Program-made: the position numbers and the translations under genes
Part shown: piece after piece, positions 8,305 to 17,970 of the stretch
Layout of the letters: every line of letters begins with the position of its first letter
Position numbering within the stretch: position 1 is the first letter of the stretch
Source: a virus
Taxonomy: Duplodnaviria > Caudoviricetes
Reading direction: 5' to 3' (one strand)
DNA length: 64,000 bases
IMG/VR virus record: IMGVR_UViG_3300009091_000015
Coordinates: 1,099-65,098 of that record
The notes under the pieces: generated by a model
The model's input: only the letters and a program-made list of their open reading frames with translations
Database searches by the model: none
What the model was told of the DNA's origin: nothing

Positions 8305-9204
8305 ATGCCGTCTCTCCCGCCAGTCCGCGTCCTTGAAAGCCCGAAGGGCTGGAAAATCGTCCCGGTCCACTACTCCATGGACCCGGAGAAGAACGCGGAA
8401 TGGGTCGCCAGCATGAAGCGCAGGGGGGACATCGACGACTGGGAGAAGGAGATGGAGATCAACTTCTCGTCAGTGGCCGGGGTGCGGTGCTTCGAGAGCT
8501 ACTCCATCCTGGCGAACTCGATAGACGGGGTCGAGTACGAAGAGATCCTCCCGCTGCGGCTCGCCTGCGACTTCAATGTGGACCCGATGGCCTGGCTCGT
8601 CTGTCAGATCAACAACAACAAGCTCTATGTCCTGCGTGAAATCTGGTCCTCGCCCGGCAGCGTTGTTGAGAACTGCGAGAAGTTCCTCAACGACTACGGC
8701 GGTCACTACGGCGAGGTCTTCATCTACGGCGACGCGAGCGGCAACGCGAGATCACAACGCGACCAGAGATCGAACTACGACGAGATCGCGCTGCGCCTGA
8801 TGAACCGCCCGTTCAAGCTGCGCATGCGCGTGCCGTCTCGCAACCCGACGAACGTGAACGCTGTTCGGGCCGTCAACCGGAGGTTGGTGGATCAGTGGGG
8901 CAACCCACTGATCTTCATCGACCGAGACAAGTGCAAGAACCTCCTCCTCGATCTCTCCCAGGTTGTCTGGCAGGAGGGGGCTTCTAGCGCAACTCAGTCC
9001 ATCAAGAAGACGAGGAATCGGCTTGACCCGTACTTCTTCCGTGGCCATGCCTCAGACGCGCTCTGCGCTCTCGTCCACCGCGAGTGGCCGACGCGGGCAG
9101 AGGTCGCGAAGGAAGAGGACAAGCGCGAGGAAGAAGAGAAGAAGGGGAAGGGCCGCGTGAAGAAGAAAACGCGGCCCAGGATGCGGGCCGCTTTCCCAGA
9201 TTAG
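8305..9204 (+). CDS. terL: Terminase large subunit, nuclease half
   Basis: VHYSMDP...WEKEMEINF linker; RNase H-like acidic motifs LACDFN, YGDASG, HASDAL. Confidence 0.85.
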   Translation: MPSLPPVRVLESPKGWKIVPVHYSMDPEKNAEWVASMKRRGDIDDWEKEMEINFSSVAGVRCFESYSILANSIDGVEYEEILPLRLACDFNVDPMAWLVCQINNNKLYVLREIWSSPGSVVENCEKFLNDYGGHYGEVFIYGDASGNARSQRDQRSNYDEIALRLMNRPFKLRMRVPSRNPTNVNAVRAVNRRLVDQWGNPLIFIDRDKCKNLLLDLSQVVWQEGASSATQSIKKTRNRLDPYFFRGHASDALCALVHREWPTRAEVAKEEDKREEEEKKGKGRVKKKTRPRMRAAFPD

Positions 9205-9212
9205 GAGGGGAG

Positions 9213-9632
9213 ATGCCGACATACGCACTGGCTGGAACGGTTGGGGCTCGAACGGCCCTCCAGGCCCTGCTTTCCTGGTTGCGGCTGGGAGACACAAGGG
9301 CCTATCCGTACATTGTGGCAGCTGGAGGAACAACGAGCAACGAGATCATCTGTGGGAATGACGGGCTGATGGCCCTCGACATCCCATCGAACTTCACTGG
9401 GAGCACCGTGACGATCTACGGCAAGGCGAGGTCCGACCAGGCTGCCGCGAAGCCAGTGTCTCGATGGGTCGGAGGCACGAAGACAGCGCTGGCGATAACC
9501 GGCGTCACTGTCAACGATACCCTCTGGTTCGAGACCCCCATCGCCGGGCTCTACAGCATCAAGCTGGTCGTCCCGACACAGAGCAACACGGTGTCCATCA
9601 TTCCCAGATGGGGGAGAGTGCTCTATGGCTGA
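9213..9632 (+). CDS. Small beta-rich protein, paralogue of 9625-9960
   Basis: AGGAGG SD; GTTSNEI...LWFETPI.G.YSI.LV...PRWGRV shared. Confidence 0.75.
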   Translation: MPTYALAGTVGARTALQALLSWLRLGDTRAYPYIVAAGGTTSNEIICGNDGLMALDIPSNFTGSTVTIYGKARSDQAAAKPVSRWVGGTKTALAITGVTVNDTLWFETPIAGLYSIKLVVPTQSNTVSIIPRWGRVLYG

Positions 9633-9960
9633 CCGAAGCTCAGTGTTCACGCTCCCCGGCGCAGGCACAACCAGCAACGAGATCCTGGCTGGGGACAGCG
9701 GGCTCTATGCTCTGCAGATTCCTGCCAGCGGCATGGAAGGAACGAATCTCGCCATCTACACGAGAGCGACCGTCAACTCGCCCCTGAAGGCAACCTACAT
9801 TTGGGACGGCACAACTCGCACCCAGATCAAGCTCACCAACGTGGCGGCTGATGACCTCCTCTGGTTTGAGACTCCGATTTCAGGGGTCTACAGTATCGCC
9901 CTCGTGGCTGATTCCCAGACTGGCGACTCAGTCATCACGCCGCGTTGGGGAAGGGTGTAG
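9625..9960 (+). CDS. Small beta-rich protein, paralogue of 9213-9632
   Basis: Same shared motifs. Confidence 0.75.
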   Translation: MADRSSVFTLPGAGTTSNEILAGDSGLYALQIPASGMEGTNLAIYTRATVNSPLKATYIWDGTTRTQIKLTNVAADDLLWFETPISGVYSIALVADSQTGDSVITPRWGRV

Positions 9961-9963
9961 ACC

Positions 9964-11997
9964 ATGGCAGTCGAGACAGATCCGCTGCGTGAAGAGGATC
10001 AGACCCTAGAAGTGGAGATCGAGTCGATCTCCGTTGTCGAGAAGCCACTTGAGGAGCGGCTCGACTACGAGACCGGGAAGGAACTCCACACCAAGATCCT
10101 CGACAAGTTGAAGGCGCGGCGGGACTACTCTGTCGAGCACTGTGAGGAGCGGTACGGGGAGTGGAACAGGGTCAGGAAACATCTCAAGCTCTACATCGAC
10201 CTCACCGACAAGGCCCGCCTTGGCGACAAGAGCAGCGATGAGTCAGCTCTGGAGATGCCATTCAAGCGCTCGGTCTCCATCCCGGTGTCCTACGCCAACC
10301 TCCACGTCTTGCTGACGCAGATGATGTCCATCTTCTCAGCCAGGAACCCGATGATTCAGCTGAGAGGCCGAGGCCCCGAGGATGTGTTCAAGGCGAAGAT
10401 GATGGAGACGATTCTGGCCTACGACGTGCAGCAGACCAAAGGCTTCTCCTCGCTGTACTCGATGTTCCAGGACTCCATCTCTTTCGGCACTGGAATCAAC
10501 TACGACTCGTGGGAGATCGAAGAGGGCGTCAAGTTCGACTATCAGCCGCTGATGGTCCCAGGCGTCCCGCCCGAGCTGCTCGTCGCCTACCTTGGGCCGC
10601 TCGCCTACACCCCAATCCGTACCATCGGGACACGCCGCGAGTACAACCGCTGGCGTCCGGTCGATCCGTTCAAGTTTAGGCCCGACCCCCGAGTTGCGTT
10701 CTGGAACCTCCAGGATGGTGAGTTCTGCGGCCACTCCTACGAGATCGGCTACAACACACTGAAGAAGAAGGAAGCCCCGCATGGGCCGTACTTCAACCTG
10801 AAGCATGTGCCGAAGTTCGCGAGGGGGCTCAGTAAGCGGTACGAGAAGCTCGAAGACGTGGGGATGAATCAGACGGACACCGATCTGACGACCCGCGATC
10901 AGAAGGACCGGGGCTTCTTCGAGGCCGAGACCATGGTCGTCGAGCTGATCCCGAAGGAATGGGAGATTGGGGACAGCGACTTCCCCGAGAAGTACATCTT
11001 CACCTGGATCAGCGACGAAGTCATCGTGCGTGCGCACGAGATGCCGAACGTCCACCAGCAGTTCCCCTACTCGGTGGCCGAGGTGGACCCTGACTTCCAC
11101 ACCACTTGGAGCCCAGGCATCATCGAGCTGATCGAGCCGATGCAGCGCTACATCAACTGGCTCTTCAACTCGCACATCGAGAACATCACCTCGGTCCTGA
11201 ACAACCAGTGGGTCTACTCGCCGCGCTTCATCGAACGCAACGATCTGGAGTACGGCGGACCTGGGGAGCACATCCGGCTGAAGAACGAAGCCGTCGAGAT
11301 GATGCTTTCCGGCGAGGTCCAGGACGTGCGTCAGTTCTTCTTCCAGGTGCCGATCCAGGACGTGACCGGCCCGAGCTACATGGGCGCTGTCCAGTACCTC
11401 TACCAGATGGTGCAGCTGCTCACCGGGGCAAACGACCCGATGTCAGGCATCCAGCTGCCGACCGAGCGCAGCGCCACTGAGATCCAGACCATCACCGCGA
11501 AGGCGTCCGACAGGCTGGCGATCACTGCCAAGCTCATAGATGAGAACGCGATCCAGCCCCTGATTCAGCGTAGCATCCTGAATCGCCAGCAGTTCACCCA
11601 GATGCAACAGTATTACCGCATCCTCGGGGAGTTCGCCCAGGAGTATGGGAAAGACTCCATCTTCATAGACATGGAGGACTTGCAGGGCGAGTTCGACTAC
11701 CTGGCGATCAGTGGCATCATGCCTGAAGATCCAGCGAGATCGGCCCAGGCATGGTCGCAGATCATGGCGTCAGCCGCCCAGAACCCGGCGCTCCAACAGC
11801 CAGGCCCTGATGGTAGGCAGCTAGACTTTCGCAAAGTCTTCGATACCATTGCGGAGAAGATGGGCATCACGAACATCGGTCGCTACTACATGAACGTCAA
11901 TGTTGTGCCGGATGAGGAGGCTATGGCGCAGGAGCAGGCCGGGAACTTCCTGCCGGTGCAAGCTCCTCAGAGTGCTATGCTTGGGCCGGGAGCATAG
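9964..11997 (+). CDS. Portal protein (P22/podovirus-like)
   Basis: 677 aa after terminase; VDPFKFRPDP, PGIIELIEPMQRYIN, ERSATEI motifs. Confidence 0.9.
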   Translation: MAVETDPLREEDQTLEVEIESISVVEKPLEERLDYETGKELHTKILDKLKARRDYSVEHCEERYGEWNRVRKHLKLYIDLTDKARLGDKSSDESALEMPFKRSVSIPVSYANLHVLLTQMMSIFSARNPMIQLRGRGPEDVFKAKMMETILAYDVQQTKGFSSLYSMFQDSISFGTGINYDSWEIEEGVKFDYQPLMVPGVPPELLVAYLGPLAYTPIRTIGTRREYNRWRPVDPFKFRPDPRVAFWNLQDGEFCGHSYEIGYNTLKKKEAPHGPYFNLKHVPKFARGLSKRYEKLEDVGMNQTDTDLTTRDQKDRGFFEAETMVVELIPKEWEIGDSDFPEKYIFTWISDEVIVRAHEMPNVHQQFPYSVAEVDPDFHTTWSPGIIELIEPMQRYINWLFNSHIENITSVLNNQWVYSPRFIERNDLEYGGPGEHIRLKNEAVEMMLSGEVQDVRQFFFQVPIQDVTGPSYMGAVQYLYQMVQLLTGANDPMSGIQLPTERSATEIQTITAKASDRLAITAKLIDENAIQPLIQRSILNRQQFTQMQQYYRILGEFAQEYGKDSIFIDMEDLQGEFDYLAISGIMPEDPARSAQAWSQIMASAAQNPALQQPGPDGRQLDFRKVFDTIAEKMGITNIGRYYMNVNVVPDEEAMAQEQAGNFLPVQAPQSAMLGPGA

Positions 11998-11999
11998 AC

Positions 12000-12398
12000 A
12001 TGGCGCAATTTGCGAACCGCCTAGAAGCCAGGGTCGAAGAGAAGGAACGGGAATTTGAACTCATCGACCAGGTCTACCCGGCGGCGCTGGCGAGGCTCGA
12101 AGGTCGAGACGCAGCCTGGGAACTCCAGAAGAGGGCAATCATCGACCGCATCGCCAAGACGGTGTTGCTCTACAAGTTTGAAGATCCAGCCCACAAGGCA
12201 GTCGCCCTGATCGCGCAGATGCAGGCAGACTGCAGAGAGCTACTCGCTCCTCAGCGGATCGTTGAGGACTGGAAGGAGCGCAAGGCAGAGCTGCTGTTCC
12301 TCCGCCAGGAGGAAGAGAAGCAGCGTACCGCAGTGCGCAGGGCCGGAGACGCCTATGAGGCTGAGCGGCAGAAATGGACATCTCGTGCAACAGGTTGA
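12000..12398 (+). CDS. Hypothetical helical protein after portal
   Basis: 132 aa, coupled to portal. Confidence 0.75.
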   Translation: MAQFANRLEARVEEKEREFELIDQVYPAALARLEGRDAAWELQKRAIIDRIAKTVLLYKFEDPAHKAVALIAQMQADCRELLAPQRIVEDWKERKAELLFLRQEEEKQRTAVRRAGDAYEAERQKWTSRATG

Positions 12399-12502
12399 TT
12401 CGCCCCACTCGGTGTATTGGAGCACGGGCCACATGGCTGCCGAGTGCCATGACCCATCAGCATCTCTAGCCGACCTGACCGCAGGAGCTAGCAGGGGGAA
12501 CG

Positions 12503-13699
12503 ATGCCAGATAATGAGCGGTACGTTGACGAAGAAGACGGCGACAGACTGAAAGAGGACCGGCAGTCCTTCGATGCAGCTCTCGACATCTCAAGGTCGGG
12601 CGGAGACCCGCGCCCAGAGGCACCCGGTGACAGCGTAACTGCAGACCGGAAGCCCGGCAGGGTGACAGCTCAGGCCGACGACGATGAAGGGGTGGAGGTC
12701 GCCACCGAAACGCAGGAACCTGCGGCAGACACAACGGAGGAAGCGGCTGAGACAGCTGAGGCTCCAGTAGCGGAGGGTGAGGGAACGGCAGCTCCTGCAG
12801 AGGAGGAGATCACCTACACCCTGCCCGGTGGGATCAAAGTCACGGCGAGCGAACTGTTCAAGGACCGCGAGCGCATGAAGAATCTGGTGACGCAAGCCAA
12901 CCAGATGACTCACTACCAGAAGCTCGCGGACGACAGGAAGCGAGCGATTGACGAATCGGCCCAGCGGGAGAAGTCCGTCTACGAGCAATGGGTCGAGATG
13001 CAGATTCACAACCAGATGATGGCGGCGCAGCAGGCACAGCAGGTTCAGGCCCCTGTGCGCATGCGCCCGCCAGCCCCGCAGATCAAGTCGGCCTTCGAGC
13101 CCTATCTGCAGGACCTGGTGAAGCAGGGCCGGATCAGCGAAGACCACATGGCGGAGGACTCGGGCTTGATTGCCGAGTACCTCTACGACCAGATGAGCCT
13201 GCGCGAGGCCCTGGAGAACCAGCTCTCCACCTATGAGCAGAGAATCAACATGCTCGAAACCCAGCTAGCCCCAGTCCAGTCCACTGTCCGTGCCGCACAG
13301 GTGCTCAGCGATGAGCGGACAATCCAGCAAGAGGTGGCGAGCACTCCAGGCTACGAGGACTTCGCTGATCCACGCAAATGGGAGCAGCTGAAGGCTTTCG
13401 TCGGACAGCAGATTGCCGAGCAAGGCACTGACGAGTACGGCGCACCGAATTTGAAAGTGCGGTTCACCCCGGATCACATGCGAGCCTGGGCGGATGCGAT
13501 GATGGCCCCCGCCATGAGGGCGGTCCTGGCCAATCGGAAGCAGGACGCGAAGACCAGGCAGCAGCGTGAGACGAAGCAAGCGGCAGGCGAGGCATCAGGG
13601 ACCGGAAGGCAACCCAAGGCCAAGCCGAAGTCGGCCCAGACACCGGAAGAACTGGCGATGGATTTCTCTGGCCAAAGCGTCAGAAAGGCCACCGGCTGA
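12503..13699 (+). CDS. Putative capsid scaffolding protein
   Basis: Acidic disordered N-term, coiled-coil, directly upstream of capsid gene. Confidence 0.75.
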   Translation: MPDNERYVDEEDGDRLKEDRQSFDAALDISRSGGDPRPEAPGDSVTADRKPGRVTAQADDDEGVEVATETQEPAADTTEEAAETAEAPVAEGEGTAAPAEEEITYTLPGGIKVTASELFKDRERMKNLVTQANQMTHYQKLADDRKRAIDESAQREKSVYEQWVEMQIHNQMMAAQQAQQVQAPVRMRPPAPQIKSAFEPYLQDLVKQGRISEDHMAEDSGLIAEYLYDQMSLREALENQLSTYEQRINMLETQLAPVQSTVRAAQVLSDERTIQQEVASTPGYEDFADPRKWEQLKAFVGQQIAEQGTDEYGAPNLKVRFTPDHMRAWADAMMAPAMRAVLANRKQDAKTRQQRETKQAAGEASGTGRQPKAKPKSAQTPEELAMDFSGQSVRKATG

Positions 13700-13747
13700 T
13701 AAGACCTAAGCCCATTGCTGCTCCCCCCGAACTGGAGGGAACTGACA

Positions 13748-14980
13748 ATGGCAGCGACACTTGGAATGCTGGGGATCGGGAGCTTTTCGGCAACCGTAGC
13801 CCCCGGCAACTTTCGTGAGGCGATCCTCCGCGAGTACCCGCAAGGGGGCGCGGTTTTCACAATGATCCTCGGCATGCTTCCCTCGGAGAGCGTGAACTCC
13901 CGGAAGTTCACCTGGTTCGAGCAGGGGCTGCCCCAGCAGCGATTCGCCGTGGCCGGTTCGCATGCGGCGGACGCAACCACCATCATCCTCGACACGGCTG
14001 TCCCGATCACCAACACTACCCCTGGCTACAGCTTCAAGACCGGCCATCTGGTCCGCGTCGAGTCCACGGGCGAGATCATGCTCGTCGTGGGCAAGGACGG
14101 CACCAACCCGGAGTACAAGCTAACTGTGGTCCGAGGCGTCGGCAACAGCGCGACCGGCTACATCATCGCCGATCACGGCATCATCACCATCGTCGGCCAC
14201 GCCGACCAGGAAGGTGCCGACACTCCGAACTCCATCAACTACGCTCCGACCGAGGAGTGGAACTACATCCAGACCATCAGGACCGCTCTCGACCTGACCG
14301 ATGACGCAGCCCAGGAGTATTACCGGACTGGCGACATCATGAAGAACGAGAAGTTCGACAAGGCCATGGACCACGCCCTGGACCAGGAGCGTGCGTTCCT
14401 GTGGGGCAAGAGGGAGTCCATCGCGGTCACGACCGGAGACTTCACCTCTGGCGGAACCGGCCTGAACCACCGCATGATGGGCGGGCTCTGGAGCTTCCTC
14501 GGGGCCGACTACTCGACGAGCTTCGCTTCGACCGGCCTGACCAAGACCGGATGGCACAACTTCCTGAAGCCGATCTACACCGTGCAGAACGGCTCCATGA
14601 ACAAGGCCGCGTTCTGTGGCGCGACCTTCCTGCAGGCGATCAACGACTACGCCGAGCAGAACTCGGCCATCCAGACCGAGCCCGGAGACAAGACCTACGG
14701 TCTGACCATCCGCACGCTCTACCACCCGTGGGGCGAGTTGAAGCTCATCCCGCACCCGCTCTTCTCCGAGCACGAGGACTGGTCGAAGATGGCCGTCATC
14801 GTTGACCTGAAGAACGTGAAGTACCGCTTCCTGCGGAACCGGGACACCCGCTTCCTGCTGGAGCGGCAGGGCAACGGTGAAGACCGCGTGACCCACGAGT
14901 TCATGACCAAGTGCAGCCTGGAGCTGCGCTTCAAGCGGACCCACGGTATCGCCTACGGCGTCAGCGAGTACGTCGCGTAG
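13748..14980 (+). CDS. Major capsid protein (DUF5309/SU10-like)
   Basis: KFTWFEQ, WNYIQTIR, DQERAFLWG, RMMGGL, WGELKLIPHP motifs; GGAGG SD; strongly biased codons. Confidence 0.9.
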   Translation: MAATLGMLGIGSFSATVAPGNFREAILREYPQGGAVFTMILGMLPSESVNSRKFTWFEQGLPQQRFAVAGSHAADATTIILDTAVPITNTTPGYSFKTGHLVRVESTGEIMLVVGKDGTNPEYKLTVVRGVGNSATGYIIADHGIITIVGHADQEGADTPNSINYAPTEEWNYIQTIRTALDLTDDAAQEYYRTGDIMKNEKFDKAMDHALDQERAFLWGKRESIAVTTGDFTSGGTGLNHRMMGGLWSFLGADYSTSFASTGLTKTGWHNFLKPIYTVQNGSMNKAAFCGATFLQAINDYAEQNSAIQTEPGDKTYGLTIRTLYHPWGELKLIPHPLFSEHEDWSKMAVIVDLKNVKYRFLRNRDTRFLLERQGNGEDRVTHEFMTKCSLELRFKRTHGIAYGVSEYVA

Positions 14981-15001
14981 CGAAGACCGGCGAACAATCC
15001 A

Positions 15002-15026
15002 CTGGGGGAGCTAACCACTCCCCCAG
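15002..15026 (+). terminator. Hairpin after capsid gene (attenuator or mRNA stabiliser)
   Basis: CTGGGGGAG-7 nt-CTCCCCCAG; no clear U-tract. Confidence 0.5.
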
Positions 15027-15049
15027 GGGGATTCTGAAAGGACTGACCA

Positions 15050-15385
15050 ATGGCTCTCACGGCTCACACCTTCGTAGCCAAGCGGCGCTTCCCGGCCATC
15101 AAGGGCGGATACCGCTCCGGCATCATGATCTTCACTCCTGGCGCGGTGTACACCACGAATGGCTTCGATATCACCGCCGCCAACCTCGGCCTCAACAGGA
15201 TCTTCGGCTTCATCCCGCCAGCCCATGTGGCCGGGGCGACTGCGCTCTGTGTCACCGAGGTGACCTACACCAGCGACACCGCAATCAAGCTCAAGATGCG
15301 AACCATCGCGGCTGGGGTCGAGCTGACCAACAACTCCGACGACTACGACAGCATCCCGATCCGCTGCTTCTACTGGGGATCGTAA
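15050..15385 (+). CDS. Putative capsid decoration protein A
   Basis: 111 aa after MCP; paralogue of next gene. Confidence 0.7.
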   Translation: MALTAHTFVAKRRFPAIKGGYRSGIMIFTPGAVYTTNGFDITAANLGLNRIFGFIPPAHVAGATALCVTEVTYTSDTAIKLKMRTIAAGVELTNNSDDYDSIPIRCFYWGS

Positions 15386-15708
15386 TGGCACACACCCTCA
15401 CGTCCAAGCGTAGGTTCCCGAAGATCAAGGGCGGCTTCCGCCACGGAATCGTGGACATCACGTTCGTGGACAACTACCCGGCCGGAGGTTTCACCTTTGG
15501 GGCGACGGATCTCAAACTCGACCGCGTCTACTTCTTCATTCCTCCGGCCTGCGTGAGAGGGGCGACAGAAACGTACGTGACCCAAGTCACCTACACGAGT
15601 GATACAGCCTTCAGGGTGAAGATGCTGGTAATCGCAGACGGTGGTGAGAGCCAGGAGGGCGGTGACCTCAGTGGCGTCACAATCCGCTGCAGGTACTGGG
15701 GGGAGTGA
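15385..15708 (+). CDS. Putative capsid decoration protein B
   Basis: Start reset to TAATG overlap; KRRFP.IKGG, FIPPA, VTYTSDTA, IRC.YWG shared. Confidence 0.7.
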   Translation: MAHTLTSKRRFPKIKGGFRHGIVDITFVDNYPAGGFTFGATDLKLDRVYFFIPPACVRGATETYVTQVTYTSDTAFRVKMLVIADGGESQEGGDLSGVTIRCRYWGE

Positions 15709-16178
15709 TGGAAGGCAAGCGTTACCTGAGCACGCTCTTCCCGTCGTACAGCATCGGCGGGATCATCCAATTCGTCGATGGCTACTGGCCCCCAATCGGG
15801 CAGCCACCCTGCGCAGACCCAGGGCTCTGCGCTTACGTCGAGAACACGGAACTCTACGGGCTCTACATCACCGACTGCGCCGAGAAGCATCTCCTGACGC
15901 AGGAGGAAGTCGTCCGCGACAACGCGACCCTGATCGCGAAGGCCGAAGAAGCCATGGCGAGGATGAGAGCCAGCGGCACGCTGCCGCCAGCCGAGCCTCA
16001 GCCGCCTCCGGCCCCGGTGATCCCAACCGAATGGGAGCCGTCAGTGGCCGAGATCAAGGCGATGAACAAGAAGCAGCTGCTTCAGTTTGGCGAGAACCTC
16101 GATATCGCAGACCACGAGTTCAGAGAGGGGACCAGGGCCGACCGGATCAAGTCCATTCTGGACAAGATGCAGGAGTAG
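15708..16178 (+). CDS. Hypothetical protein
   Basis: TGATG overlap; short helical C-terminal domain. Confidence 0.7.
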   Translation: MEGKRYLSTLFPSYSIGGIIQFVDGYWPPIGQPPCADPGLCAYVENTELYGLYITDCAEKHLLTQEEVVRDNATLIAKAEEAMARMRASGTLPPAEPQPPPAPVIPTEWEPSVAEIKAMNKKQLLQFGENLDIADHEFREGTRADRIKSILDKMQE

Positions 16179-16181
16179 ACG

Positions 16182-16874
16182 ATGTCAACCGCTGCCGAGA
16201 TCATCGCCAGAGTCCGCAGCTGGTCCACCTCGCAAGACACCACGGTTCTCTCGAATACCGAGATCCTCAAGATCATGAATGACGTGGCGAGGGAGGCCGT
16301 GGACGAGAACGACATCTGGTTCTGTTTCGGCAGCGGGACGACTCCTCTGGTTTACGGCGGATGGACGGCGGACCTCCCAGACAGACTCGCCCGTCCGGTG
16401 ACTGTCTTCGCGGGCAGTGGGCTCAGCCGCTCCTACTACACCCATCTGACCTATGAGGAGTTCAAAATTCTGTACCTTGGCGAGTCCGATGTTACGACAG
16501 AGGACTACTACGACACCGGCCCACACTACACGTTATTCGGGACGGAGATGTGGTTCGGCCCGCCGTCAAGCGCCGCACTGAGCCTGCCGGGGGACCCCCC
16601 GCAGCCAGCGCCATCAATAACGATCACCGTCGAGGGGCTCTATTACGAGCCGGATCTCAACCTGACCTCCAGCACGACCAACGAGTTCACGGATCGCGCA
16701 GAGAGCTTCCTGCTCTTCGCCACCCTGGAGCGGCTGACCAAGTTCAAGTTCGAGGAAGAGACCAGGCTGGGCCTCTTCGAGCAGGAGAAAAAGAAGGCGC
16801 TGAATCGGATCAGGGCGGTCGGTGATCTGCAGGAAAACCTGGCTCGCAGAGCCAAATCAAGGAGGAAAGGCTAA
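16182..16874 (+). CDS. Head-tail adaptor protein
   Basis: MSTAAEIIARVR...GPHYTL...WFGPP...FLLFATL pattern; position. Confidence 0.7.
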   Translation: MSTAAEIIARVRSWSTSQDTTVLSNTEILKIMNDVAREAVDENDIWFCFGSGTTPLVYGGWTADLPDRLARPVTVFAGSGLSRSYYTHLTYEEFKILYLGESDVTTEDYYDTGPHYTLFGTEMWFGPPSSAALSLPGDPPQPAPSITITVEGLYYEPDLNLTSSTTNEFTDRAESFLLFATLERLTKFKFEEETRLGLFEQEKKKALNRIRAVGDLQENLARRAKSRRKG

Positions 16875-17968
16875 TGCCAGGCACCCCCATTGACAGATTC
16901 GTCACCAACCGGATGAGCGATTCGACGGATGTGAGCGCTGTCGATGACGGCATCAACGAACTCGAAGCTGCGATCCGTACCGTCTTTGGCGTTCCGGCAG
17001 ATACAGCCGTCACGCCGTTCAGCGTTTCCGCCGATGGGACAATGACCGTTTCGAGCGGTCTCGCCATCGGTTCTGGAGCAACCCCAGCCAGTGCCATTGT
17101 CCAAGGATTCGGCACGACCGGAAATGAAGACGACTTGGCTACAGTAAAGGCGATCAGAGACTACGGAAATCTGAACTGGGGCGGTGGGACCGGGCTTTCG
17201 TTTACAGAAGCCCAGCGCTATGGCTCGCTGTGGGTTGGAAGCAACCAATCGCTGGCCGTTGGCGGGCCAGCCTACTGGCAGGTCATTGGCCGCGCCCCGC
17301 TCGGTGAAGGTCCGGGAGATTTCGCTGTAGCGAATGCCGGATCGCAGCCCCCGAATGATGTATGGTCAGCTGTGCCTTGGACTCACACCCTGTACGAGCA
17401 TCCGCTGCTAGAAGAGCACGACGAGTGGAGACCATGCAAGACCCAGTGGTCATCGCCTTCCATCATATTCACTCGCCCGGAGATGCAGGGGCTTTGGGCT
17501 ATCAGTGTCATCATCGAGGCTCCGAACTGGGACGGGGCAAACTGGAAACCATGCCAGTGGGATGACCCCACGAAACCACGGTATAGGGAATCGCCCTGTT
17601 GGACGCTGAGGCTGAGAAATACAACCATGGATCGGCTTGAGGACGAATGCCGCGTTCCGCAAATTGCGACGATGCGGAAGATGTACCATGCGACTCCTCC
17701 GAGCACTTCGGAGGTTGATGACACTGTAATCTTCGAGCATCATCTAACGGCAGAGAACGGAGACCCGACCCCCGTCACGTTTGCGCCTCCGGCCAAATTT
17801 CTCCAGACCCTAAAGCTCAACGCGACATTCTATGTTGACGAGGCTGCTATCACCTATCCGTACCACACCTTCAACATCGAGCTTCAGCAGATGTCTGGGG
17901 CAGTCATCACAGTTGGGGAGAATGCCTTTCGGGCAATGCTTCGCTACATCCCGACCAATGGGGGTTAG
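16874..17968 (+). CDS. Putative tail fibre/needle protein
   Basis: N-term DDGINELEAAIR anchor-like helix; lower-GC C-terminal part. Confidence 0.55.
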   Translation: MPGTPIDRFVTNRMSDSTDVSAVDDGINELEAAIRTVFGVPADTAVTPFSVSADGTMTVSSGLAIGSGATPASAIVQGFGTTGNEDDLATVKAIRDYGNLNWGGGTGLSFTEAQRYGSLWVGSNQSLAVGGPAYWQVIGRAPLGEGPGDFAVANAGSQPPNDVWSAVPWTHTLYEHPLLEEHDEWRPCKTQWSSPSIIFTRPEMQGLWAISVIIEAPNWDGANWKPCQWDDPTKPRYRESPCWTLRLRNTTMDRLEDECRVPQIATMRKMYHATPPSTSEVDDTVIFEHHLTAENGDPTPVTFAPPAKFLQTLKLNATFYVDEAAITYPYHTFNIELQQMSGAVITVGENAFRAMLRYIPTNGG

Positions 17969-17970
17969 CC

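Noticed and set aside
14911-15708. Capsid read-through or frameshift extension (265-aa ORF)
   Set aside because: Two in-frame TGA stops follow the MCP stop and no slippery site was seen; better explained by genes starting at 15050 and 15385
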